Assembly: GCA_947306365.1 (NCBI GenBank)
Contig: CAMZGD010000004.1
Location: forward strand, 52,531 to 116,530
Direction of reading: 5' to 3'
DNA: 64,000 nucleotides
Origin: an uncultured Bacteroidales bacterium
GTDB taxonomy: Bacteria > Bacteroidota > Bacteroidia > Bacteroidales > UBA932
Position 1 is the first letter of the stretch. Each line of letters opens with the position of its first letter. This document shows, piece after piece, positions 27,567 to 35,649 of this stretch. The translations under genes and the position numbers were made by a program. Below the pieces are notes generated by a model, which worked only from the letters and a program-made list of their open reading frames with translations, had not been told where the DNA came from and ran no database searches.

Positions 27567-30500
27567 ATGAAATGCCTGCTGCCCCTGCTGATCGTACTGA
27601 CGGTCCTGCCGGCCTGCTCGTCCGCCGGCGAAACCGGCGGCGAGGTCCGACATCCGGGGAGCGTCGTCATCGCCGACGCGCTCTCGAACCAGAAAGTGAA
27701 CGCCTTCACGGAAGATGCCTACGGCCACATCTGGATTGCCACGTCCCGCGGCCTCAACCAATACGACGTACACGAATACCATCAGTATTTCTGCACCGAC
27801 GACACCCTCGGCCTTCCCGACAACCTGGTCAACGACGTATTCTGCGGCCGTGACGGCCGCCTGTGGGCGGCAACCCTGAACGGCGTCGCCTACCGCACGG
27901 AAACGGGCCGTTTCCACCGGGTGGACAATCCGGGCGGACCGTCCAATTTCCGCCGGGTCCTCGAGACGCCCGAGGGGCGCATCCTGCTGAACAACACACG
28001 GTCCCTTTACCTGTACGAACCCGAAGAAGACTCACTGAAGCTGGTGGTGCCCGAATACAATGCCTTCGGCATCCCCTCGGAAGCCTGGGTGGGCGACCGG
28101 CTCTACACCAACAGCGGCGGCAGACAGGTCAAGGTCTTCGACAGCCGCACCTTCTCTCTGATCGATACCATCCCGCTCCCCTTCAACGCCTACCATGTCT
28201 GCCACGCAGGGAACGGGGAACTCTGGCTGTCCGGTATGGGCAACCTGCGGATCTACGACACCCGGAGCCGTGATTGGAAACCGCTGCCAGAGGCCATCCG
28301 GGGCGAACCCCGCATCATGGGCGGAGACGTGGACATCATCTTTGCGGTGGACGACAACACGATGCTTCTCAACGTCATCGGGAAAGGCATGTTCTGCTGG
28401 CAGCGCAACATCGACCGGGTCCTTTTCCAGGACGATCCGGGCTTCCCCTATACGATTCCGACGGCCGAAATCCGGACCATCTTCCGGGACAGCCGGCAAA
28501 ACCTCTGGTTCGGCACCACCGACCAGGGATACACCACCAGTTACCACTATCGCGACGGCTTCAATAACAACAAGCACCTGACCGCCGCCTTCGAGCACAA
28601 GACCGTCGTCTCGCTCTGCTGTGACGATGCGGGCCACCTCTGGATCGCCACCCTGCGCGACGGGCTCTGGCTGCGCGAACCCGGTTCGGAGCAAATCAGG
28701 CCCGTGGACGTTTCCGGCCTCGTTCCCGACACCCACATCGGCTATATCCGCTGTTCCCGCGTCTTCTGCGACGCGGAAGGCGACCTCTGGCTGCTGTTCG
28801 GCGACAAGTACCGCGTGGTACGCTGCCGCTATGAGCAGGGCCGGCTCCGTATGGTCGACAGCTTCCATTTCAACCACCCGGCGTCCATTGCCCAGGACGA
28901 CCGGGGCCGCATCTGGGTCGGCGGCCACACGACGGAGCTGGCGCGCTACGACAAGGCTGCGCGCAGCGTCACAAGCATTCCCTGCACCAATCCGTCCGAC
29001 TGGCCCTTCGTCTCCGAACTGATGTTTGCCGAACCCGGCCGGATGCTCGTGGCCGCCAACGGCACTTCGCTGCTGAATCTCAACACCGACACCGGACTCG
29101 TGACACCCGTCACGCTGACGGACGCCGAAACGCAAGCCTGCATCAAACGGTCCGTCTTGATTCCCAATGTGCTCTTCCGGGACAGCGGCGGCGACCTCTG
29201 GGTCGGGACCATCGCCAACGGGCTGCTCCGGCACGACTATCAGCGCGGCGTCACGGAACCGGTACCCGGCGCGCCCTGCACAGACATCTGCGCCATCCAG
29301 GAAGACCGCCAGGGCAACATCTGGGTGTCCACGATGAACGGCCTCGGCCGGTACGACCGCACCATCAACGCGTTCATCAACTACTACGGGGCCGACGGCA
29401 TCGGCGGCAACCAGTTCTCCGACAGGGCCGTATGCATCCTCTCCGACGGCACTCTCATCTTCGGGGGCACCCACGGCCTGACCGTCTTCAATCCGATCGA
29501 CGTTTCGCAGCGCCGCAAGGTGCCGCTGGCGTTCGAAGACCTGAAGGTCCACAACCAGCTCGTGGAACCCGGTCCCGGAGCGCCCGTCGACCGGATGCTC
29601 AGCGCCCGCCCCGACATAACCATCACCCAACAGCAGAACGGTTTCAGCATCTCGTTCGCCGCCCTCGACTACAGCGAGCACGAACGGTCCCGCTACTTCT
29701 ACAAGATGGAAGGGTTCGACCGCTACTGGATCGACGCCGGCAACGGTCACGAAGCGTACTACGCCAACCTGCCGGCGGGCCGGTACCAGTTCCGGGTACG
29801 CATCACCAACAACAACCGCAGCATCGTCGAGACGGAAGACTTCCTGAATGTGCGGGTGCTCCCGCATTGGAGCCAGACCTGGTGGGCCATTACGCTCTTC
29901 GTCCTGCTGGGACTCGGCTTCCTGGCGATCCTGTGGCTGCTGTTCCGGCGCATCCACCGGGAACGCATGCAGCACGACGCCCATCTGCGGGAGGAGCGCG
30001 AGGAACGCGAGAAAGTCCGGCAGGAAAAAGAGCAGGAAAAGCGCCTCAACCAGATCCAGATGAACTATTTCTCGAACGTGGCGCACGAATTCCGCACCCC
30101 GCTCACGATGATCGCCGGCCCCGTGTCGGAACTGGCCGAATCGCCCGATGTCAAGGGCCGCGACCGCAAGCTGGTGGGCGTCATCCAGCGCAACGCCACC
30201 TGGATGCTGTCGCTGGTGGGCCAGCTGCTCGACTTCAACCGCATCGGCAACAACAAGCTGCAGCTGAAGGTGGCCAAGACCGACATCGTCGCGCCGCTCG
30301 CGGGCACGGTCGACCTGTTCCGCTTCAACGCGCACTCGAAGAAAATCGAATTGCTCGCCCACGGCCTCGAAGAGCCCCTGATCATGTGGGCCGACGTAGA
30401 CAAGGTGCAGAAGATCACGATGAACCTGCTCTCCAACGCCATGAAATACACGCCTTCGGGCGGCCGCGTCACCCTGTCGTTCGACGTCCTGCCGCACGAC

Positions 30501-31622
30501 GAGGTCGCCGCACTCTTCCCGCTCAAGGAGAAGGATACGGACAGCCAGTACGCCTGCATTTCCGTCGCGGATACGGGCATCGGCATCCCGGAAGGCGAGA
30601 CCGAAAAGATCTTCGAGCGCTTCTATCGCGCCGGCGGATCGGAAAACCGCCAGGGATCGGGCATCGGGCTCTACTATGCCCGCGCCATCACAGAACTCCA
30701 CCACGGCTACCTGAAAGCCTGGAACCGGGAGGAAGGCGGCGCCGTGTTCCGCTTCGTCCTGCCGGTCAGCGCTGCCTCCTACACGGAAGACGAACGCACC
30801 GAACGCCAGCCCGAGATCATGCCGCTTCCCGCCGCCTTCAGCCGGACGCCGGCCGATACGGAAACCGCCGGACAGCGGCTCATCGCCGTCGTGGACGACG
30901 ACATCGACGTAGCCAATTACGTCAAGATCCTGCTCCAGCCGGCATACCGGGTGAATGTCTATTTCGACGCGGCCTCCGCCCTGGCCGGCATGGCCGAAGA
31001 GGCGCCCGACCTGCTGGTCAGCGACGTGGTGATGCCCGGAAAGAGCGGCTACGAACTCTGCGAGGCTGTCAAGAACGACCTGCAGCTCAGCCATATCCCG
31101 GTTATCCTGGTCACGGCCAAGGTGGCCGTCGAAAACCAGGTCCAGGGACTGGCCAAAGGCGCAGACGCCTACGTCACCAAGCCGTTCCAGCCGGCGTATC
31201 TGCTGGCGCTCGTCAAGTCGCTGCTCGAGAACCGCGACAAGCTGCGCCGGCAGCTGGGTTCCGCCACCACGACGGAAGACATCGAACCCGAGGCGCTCTC
31301 CCCGCGCGACGCGGCCTTCATGAAGCAGCTATACAGCCTGATGGAGAAGGAACTCGACAACACCGACCTCGACATCACGCGCATCACTGAAATGATGCGC
31401 ATCTCCCGCACGAAGTTCTACTACAAGGTGAAGGGCCTCACGGGCGAGAATCCGGCCGTCTTCTTCAAGCGTTACAAGCTCAACCGCGCCGCCGACCTGC
31501 TCAAGGAAGGCAAGCACAACATGTCGGAAATCGCCTGGATGACCGGCTTCAGCACCCTATCCCACTTCTCCACCTCCTTCAAGAAGCAGTTCGGCGTCCC
31601 CCCGTCGGAGTACGTGGGGTAA
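27567..31622 (+). CDS. hybrid two-component system sensor kinase/response regulator (HTCS) with AraC-type output
   Basis: Start at MKCLLPLLIVLTVLPACSS. Periplasmic beta-propeller/Y_Y_Y region, a TM helix (WWAITLFVLLGLGFLAILWLLF), H-box NVAHEFRTPL, HATPase (DTGIGIPEGETEKIFERFYR), REC domain (LLVSDVVMPGKSG), and a C-terminal AraC HTH (FSTLSHFSTSFKKQFGVPPSEY). The track extension back to 27255 overlaps the divergent esterase gene and is not coding. Confidence 0.93.
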   Translation: MKCLLPLLIVLTVLPACSSAGETGGEVRHPGSVVIADALSNQKVNAFTEDAYGHIWIATSRGLNQYDVHEYHQYFCTDDTLGLPDNLVNDVFCGRDGRLWAATLNGVAYRTETGRFHRVDNPGGPSNFRRVLETPEGRILLNNTRSLYLYEPEEDSLKLVVPEYNAFGIPSEAWVGDRLYTNSGGRQVKVFDSRTFSLIDTIPLPFNAYHVCHAGNGELWLSGMGNLRIYDTRSRDWKPLPEAIRGEPRIMGGDVDIIFAVDDNTMLLNVIGKGMFCWQRNIDRVLFQDDPGFPYTIPTAEIRTIFRDSRQNLWFGTTDQGYTTSYHYRDGFNNNKHLTAAFEHKTVVSLCCDDAGHLWIATLRDGLWLREPGSEQIRPVDVSGLVPDTHIGYIRCSRVFCDAEGDLWLLFGDKYRVVRCRYEQGRLRMVDSFHFNHPASIAQDDRGRIWVGGHTTELARYDKAARSVTSIPCTNPSDWPFVSELMFAEPGRMLVAANGTSLLNLNTDTGLVTPVTLTDAETQACIKRSVLIPNVLFRDSGGDLWVGTIANGLLRHDYQRGVTEPVPGAPCTDICAIQEDRQGNIWVSTMNGLGRYDRTINAFINYYGADGIGGNQFSDRAVCILSDGTLIFGGTHGLTVFNPIDVSQRRKVPLAFEDLKVHNQLVEPGPGAPVDRMLSARPDITITQQQNGFSISFAALDYSEHERSRYFYKMEGFDRYWIDAGNGHEAYYANLPAGRYQFRVRITNNNRSIVETEDFLNVRVLPHWSQTWWAITLFVLLGLGFLAILWLLFRRIHRERMQHDAHLREEREEREKVRQEKEQEKRLNQIQMNYFSNVAHEFRTPLTMIAGPVSELAESPDVKGRDRKLVGVIQRNATWMLSLVGQLLDFNRIGNNKLQLKVAKTDIVAPLAGTVDLFRFNAHSKKIELLAHGLEEPLIMWADVDKVQKITMNLLSNAMKYTPSGGRVTLSFDVLPHDEVAALFPLKEKDTDSQYACISVADTGIGIPEGETEKIFERFYRAGGSENRQGSGIGLYYARAITELHHGYLKAWNREEGGAVFRFVLPVSAASYTEDERTERQPEIMPLPAAFSRTPADTETAGQRLIAVVDDDIDVANYVKILLQPAYRVNVYFDAASALAGMAEEAPDLLVSDVVMPGKSGYELCEAVKNDLQLSHIPVILVTAKVAVENQVQGLAKGADAYVTKPFQPAYLLALVKSLLENRDKLRRQLGSATTTEDIEPEALSPRDAAFMKQLYSLMEKELDNTDLDITRITEMMRISRTKFYYKVKGLTGENPAVFFKRYKLNRAADLLKEGKHNMSEIAWMTGFSTLSHFSTSFKKQFGVPPSEYVG

Positions 31623-31677
31623 TCGCCTGCCTCGGGCTTCCGTCTTCCTGCGGGTTTGCCGGAATATCTGCCATTCG

Positions 31678-31828
31678 TCAACCCGAAATTCGGAATCCCT
31701 GCTAATGCTACACATAGTGCCTCAGACAGCGGTTGTCGGGGACTCCGAGCAAATTTGCGCCCGGAGTCCCCGATAATACGCGATATATGCTCTGAAAGAA
31801 GGCTCAGGCGGGACTCCGAATTATGGGT
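31678..31828. repeat. left (3'-side) flank repeat of the Y1 transposase module
   Basis: Contains a perfect 11-bp hairpin, CGGGGACTCCG(31737-31747)/CGGAGTCCCCG(31762-31772), with a 14-nt loop. Ends with GGGACTCCGAATTATGGGT (31810-31828). Confidence 0.7.
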
Positions 31829-31859
31829 AAAGCGGATCATCCAAAGCGGACCATCCTGA

Positions 31860-32831
31860 TCAGAACTTATCCTTGACTTCGTCATAAACAAGCCCCGCCA
31901 AGCCGGCTATCTGCCTGGGGGAACTGTTGAACCTGGCCCGCAGCGTTCTTGCCAGCCGCAAGCGTTGGTCAATAGACAGCGTCTTGACTGATTCCACGCC
32001 GTAGAGTTCCCTGCAGACTTCCCGCTTGTGCTGCCTCATCTCTTTCATCGGGATGGACAACCGGGAGATGTCACCGCCGCGCGCATCCACGTCATCCTCT
32101 TTTGTCTTGCAATAGAAATAGTTGAAGCTCTTACAGGTCTTGAAGATCTTCTCGACCAATTCATAAGCGACATACTCCCCCGGAAAGACAAGATTGCCGA
32201 ATGTCTGGACATTATCTTCCGATGGCGTCCGGGTCTGTAAATAATCCCTTAGTCCATGGTTGCCCAGACCCAGTGAGACGATCTCCTCCATCCCCGATTC
32301 CAGCCAGCAAGGAGAACCCCACCCTCCAGGACGTCTGAAGTACAAGGGACCGCTGGACCAGGGATAGTCCCAGGCATTGTATGGAATACCCGCAGAAGGC
32401 GCATTCTTGATGGTGTAGCAGATTACTGTTTTCAGATAGGCATCCGTATCGACTACCTGGTAGTCAATCGGGACGCCTTCCATCTTGTGATTGTCCCCGT
32501 GGGTAATGGCAATATGGCGGGAGGTTCTTCTGACATAGTCGTGAATGAACCGGTTGCATTCGTCGAAGGGCCCGTGCAGGACAAAGTGAAGATGGTTGTC
32601 CATCAACGAGAAAGCCAGGATGACAATCCGATAGGATTTCAATGTCACATAAATGCGGTTCATGCCGCTGATAAAGTCGGCATCATCATAAAAAATGACA
32701 TCTACGGCTTTGCCGTCCGTGGAAAAATGCCAGCAATTCCTGACAGGGATAAGCTGACCTTTAACAAAAGGAATGTTGAGCCCCAGATCGAAAAAGATCT
32801 GCCTGAGCAGTTTATCATCTATCTTCATCAT
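31860..32831 (-). CDS. Y1 (HUH) transposase, IS200-like / REP-associated tyrosine transposase-like, with extended C-terminal domain
   Basis: HUH motif in MDNHLHFVLHG. The catalytic-Tyr region ICYTIKNAPSAGIPYNAWDYPWSSG matches Y..NP..AG....W.YPWSS of Y1_Tnp proteins. The track start at 32834 is TTG; the first ATG is at 32831. GC3 is clearly lower than in neighbouring genes. Confidence 0.8.
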   Translation of the reverse strand: MMKIDDKLLRQIFFDLGLNIPFVKGQLIPVRNCWHFSTDGKAVDVIFYDDADFISGMNRIYVTLKSYRIVILAFSLMDNHLHFVLHGPFDECNRFIHDYVRRTSRHIAITHGDNHKMEGVPIDYQVVDTDAYLKTVICYTIKNAPSAGIPYNAWDYPWSSGPLYFRRPGGWGSPCWLESGMEEIVSLGLGNHGLRDYLQTRTPSEDNVQTFGNLVFPGEYVAYELVEKIFKTCKSFNYFYCKTKEDDVDARGGDISRLSIPMKEMRQHKREVCRELYGVESVKTLSIDQRLRLARTLRARFNSSPRQIAGLAGLVYDEVKDKF

Positions 32832-32863
32832 CAACGCTCGCGCCGCTAGTGGCTGCTCGACGT

Positions 32864-32871
32864 CAAAGATA
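32864..32871 (-). promoter_or_regulatory. -7 promoter box TATCTTTG (minus strand) for the Y1 transposase gene
   Basis: The reverse complement of CAAAGATA reads TATCTTTG, about 32 nt upstream of the ATG at 32831 and between the gene and the right flank repeat. Confidence 0.5.
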
Positions 32872-32891
32872 GGACATTTTTCGTTTTCTTC

Positions 32892-33042
32892 TCAACCCGA
32901 AAATCGGAGTCCCCGATGATGTACTGCACATTGCATCAGACGGCGATAATCGGGGACTTCGAACCGATTTGGTCCCGGAGTCCCCAACGAAATGCGTAAT
33001 ACGCGCTGCCAGGCCGATTGAGTGGGATTCCGAATTATGGGT
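32892..33042. repeat. right (5'-side) flank repeat of the Y1 transposase module
   Basis: Holds the homologous hairpin GGGGACTTCG(32952-32961)/CCGGAGTCCCC(32975-32985) with a 14-nt loop. An additional upstream arm TCGGAGTCCCCGAT (32904-32917) can pair with ATCGGGGACTTCGA (32949-32962). Ends with GGGATTCCGAATTATGGGT (33024-33042). Confidence 0.7.
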
Positions 33043-33050
33043 TGGAGGCG

Positions 33051-33947
33051 CTACTGCCTTCCGTCTTCCTGATGGAGCCAGGCAAGGGCGTCTTCGAGGG
33101 GATGGTCGGTCTGTATGTCGGGGGCGATGGGGTCATTGCAGAATTCCTCGCCGGTCCGGGCGAGCGTACTGCTTGTCGTCAGGGCGAGCTGCGATCCGTC
33201 GGGCATCGGATACAGCTGGTTGCCGGAGGTATAGCCGGCGGTCGGCGCGCCGAAGACGCGGGTCCGCTCCTGGCCGCGGAAACAGAGCATCACCATCTCT
33301 GCTGCGCTGGCCGTCAGGCTGTCGACCAGCAGGGCGACGGGACAGACGATGGATGGACGGGCGTCAAGGCCGACCGATTTCGGAAGGTAGCTTCTGGGAA
33401 TGGGACTGGTCAATTTCCGGGTCCTGAACTTCAAGACCACACCGTCCGTCAGGAGCGGGTGCACGGAAGCGCCCATCGGGTACATGTTGCCGCCCGTGTT
33501 CCCCCGCAGGTCGATGACCGCGCCCGGAAGGGACGCCGGCAACGTATCCAGCACGCAGCGGGCATAGCGCTGCATTTCTTTCTGTTCCTGCGCGATGAAC
33601 GGGGGAAGAACGATGACGGCGATCCCGTCGTCCAGAACCTTGACACGCGGGGAAACGGTCTGATCGGTTTCCGCAGACGCCTGCTGGCTCTCCTGTGTCC
33701 AGAGGAAAGAATGCTTGCCGCCGGCGACCTTGATCGCCTTGCGGGTCACTTCATGCGCTTCCTCCATCGAAGCCGGTTCCGCCGCAAGGGCCTCACTGCG
33801 CGCCTCGTCCCACACAGGGCCTTCCGCAAAAAGCGCATGCCTGTCCATCAGTCTGACCGCCTTGCGGACATAATCCCTTTCAGCGGACTGCGTACAAGCC
33901 GCTGCAAACAGCATCACGACAGATGCGAATACAATCATCTTTTTCAT
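33051..33947 (-). CDS. S41 family peptidase (C-terminal processing peptidase-like) lipoprotein
   Basis: 298 aa. Lipobox FAAACTQ, IDLRGNTGGN, and LLVDSLTASAAEMV (Ser nucleophile region). Confidence 0.85.
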   Translation of the reverse strand: MKKMIVFASVVMLFAAACTQSAERDYVRKAVRLMDRHALFAEGPVWDEARSEALAAEPASMEEAHEVTRKAIKVAGGKHSFLWTQESQQASAETDQTVSPRVKVLDDGIAVIVLPPFIAQEQKEMQRYARCVLDTLPASLPGAVIDLRGNTGGNMYPMGASVHPLLTDGVVLKFRTRKLTSPIPRSYLPKSVGLDARPSIVCPVALLVDSLTASAAEMVMLCFRGQERTRVFGAPTAGYTSGNQLYPMPDGSQLALTTSSTLARTGEEFCNDPIAPDIQTDHPLEDALAWLHQEDGRQ

Positions 33948-33971
33948 ACAGCAAAGATGCGGATTTATTAT

Positions 33972-33979
33972 TACATTTG
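33972..33979 (+). promoter_or_regulatory. -7 promoter box TACATTTG for pyrG
   Basis: TAnnTTTG match 9 nt upstream of the ATG at 33989. Confidence 0.55.
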
Positions 33980-33988
33980 TATCCCGTT

Positions 33989-35617
33989 ATGAATACAAAA
34001 TACATTTTCATTACGGGTGGCGTCGCATCTTCGCTGGGGAAGGGAATCATTGCTTCCTCTTTGGCCAAACTCCTGAAAGCAAGGGGCCTTCGTGTAACGA
34101 TCCAAAAATTCGACCCCTACATCAACATCGATCCCGGAACCCTGAATCCCTACGAGCACGGAGAGTGCTATGTCACGGAGGACGGGGCGGAAACCGACCT
34201 CGACCTCGGGCATTACGAACGGTTCCTGGGCGTGCATACCTCAAAGGCCAACAACGTCACCACGGGGAAAATCTACCATACCGTCATCACCAAGGAACGC
34301 GAAGGCGCCTATCTGGGCAAGACGGTCCAGATCGTACCGCACATCACCGACGAAATCAAGCGCCGGATGCTGCTGCTGGGCCGCACCGGCGACTACGACG
34401 TCATCCTCACCGAGATCGGCGGAACGGTCGGCGACATGGAGTCACAGCCCTTCATCGAGGCAGTCCGCCAGCTGCAATGGGAACTGCCCGAAGAGGACTG
34501 CATGTCCATCCACCTGACCTTGATCCCCTACCTCAGCGCGGCGAAGGAACTCAAGACCAAGCCGACCCAGCATTCCGTGCAGATGCTGCAGCAGAGCGGG
34601 GTCAAGCCCGACGTGATCGTTTGCCGGACGGAGCATCCCCTGACACCGGAACTCCGCCGCAAGATCGCGCTGTTCTGCAACGTCAAGCCCGGCCATGTGA
34701 TCCAGAGCATCGATGCCTGGAGCATCTACCAGGTCCCGCTCAACATGCACGAGGAGCATCTCGACGAGCTGGCCGTACGCAAGCTCCAGATCGATAATTA
34801 TACACAGCCGGAACTGGAACGCTGGAAAGAATTCCTCGACCGCCTCCAGCATCCGGAACATGCCGTGGAGATCGTGCTCGTAGGCAAGTACGTCGAACTG
34901 CAGGACGCCTACAAATCCATTCAGGAAGCCTTCGTCCATGCAGGCGCCGCCCATTCCTGCAAGGTGAACGTCCGCACCGTCCAAAGCGAAACGATCACGG
35001 AAAAGAACGTAGAAGGTATCTTGAAGGGCGCCGACGGCATCCTGGTCGCGCCGGGATTCGGCGAGCGCGGGCTGGAAGGAAAGGTCTGCGCCATCCGCTA
35101 CGCCCGCGAGAACGGCATTCCGTTCCTGGGCATCTGCCTGGGGATGCAGATGTGCGTCGTGGAATTCGCCCGGAACATATTGGGCTGGACAGATGCCGCT
35201 TCGGTCGAAGTGGACCCCGCTTCCCCGCATCCGGTCATCTGTCTGATGGAAGACCAGAAGGCCACGACCATCAAGGGCGGGACGATGCGGCTCGGTGCCT
35301 ACGCCTGCCGGCTGGAGGCCGGATCCCGCATCGCCGGCCTGTACGGAAAGACCGACATCTCGGAACGGCACCGGCACCGCTACGAGTTCAATTCCGCGTA
35401 TCTGGAAGATTTTCAGGCGGCCGGACTGAAGGCCGTCGGCCACAACCCCGACACCGGCCTCGTGGAAGCCGTGGAACTCCCCGGCCATCCCTTCTTCATC
35501 GGTGTGCAGTTCCATCCCGAATACAAAAGCACCCCGGAAAATCCGCACCCGCTTTTCACCGGTCTGGTCGAGGCCGCCATGGAACGGCAGAAAACGAAAT
35601 CGTCCTGCTCGCATTGA
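33989..35617 (+). CDS. pyrG: CTP synthase
   Basis: Starts MNTKYIFITGGVASSLGKGI. Also GICLGMQ and HRHRYEFN glutamine amidotransferase motifs. The track start at 33923 overlaps the divergent peptidase gene. Confidence 0.96.
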   Translation: MNTKYIFITGGVASSLGKGIIASSLAKLLKARGLRVTIQKFDPYINIDPGTLNPYEHGECYVTEDGAETDLDLGHYERFLGVHTSKANNVTTGKIYHTVITKEREGAYLGKTVQIVPHITDEIKRRMLLLGRTGDYDVILTEIGGTVGDMESQPFIEAVRQLQWELPEEDCMSIHLTLIPYLSAAKELKTKPTQHSVQMLQQSGVKPDVIVCRTEHPLTPELRRKIALFCNVKPGHVIQSIDAWSIYQVPLNMHEEHLDELAVRKLQIDNYTQPELERWKEFLDRLQHPEHAVEIVLVGKYVELQDAYKSIQEAFVHAGAAHSCKVNVRTVQSETITEKNVEGILKGADGILVAPGFGERGLEGKVCAIRYARENGIPFLGICLGMQMCVVEFARNILGWTDAASVEVDPASPHPVICLMEDQKATTIKGGTMRLGAYACRLEAGSRIAGLYGKTDISERHRHRYEFNSAYLEDFQAAGLKAVGHNPDTGLVEAVELPGHPFFIGVQFHPEYKSTPENPHPLFTGLVEAAMERQKTKSSCSH

Positions 35618-35649
35618 ACAGGACGACTTCGTAAATAGAGCCAGACAAA

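Larger units (their letters stand above)
31678..33042 (-). mobile_element. IS200/IS605-like or RAYT-type module: Y1 HUH transposase gene flanked by ~151-bp direct repeats carrying REP-like hairpins
   Basis: Flanks 31678-31828 and 32892-33042 align in the same orientation at roughly 70-75% identity (hand alignment). Each carries an inverted GGGGACT(C/T)CG / CGGAGTCCCC core. The gene interior is visibly more AT-rich than its neighbours. Confidence 0.5.

Noticed and set aside
28032-31094. 1020-aa minus-strand ORF inside the HTCS gene
   Set aside because: It is antisense to a CDS with complete HisKA/HATPase/REC/AraC motifs and has the same high-GC artefact composition.
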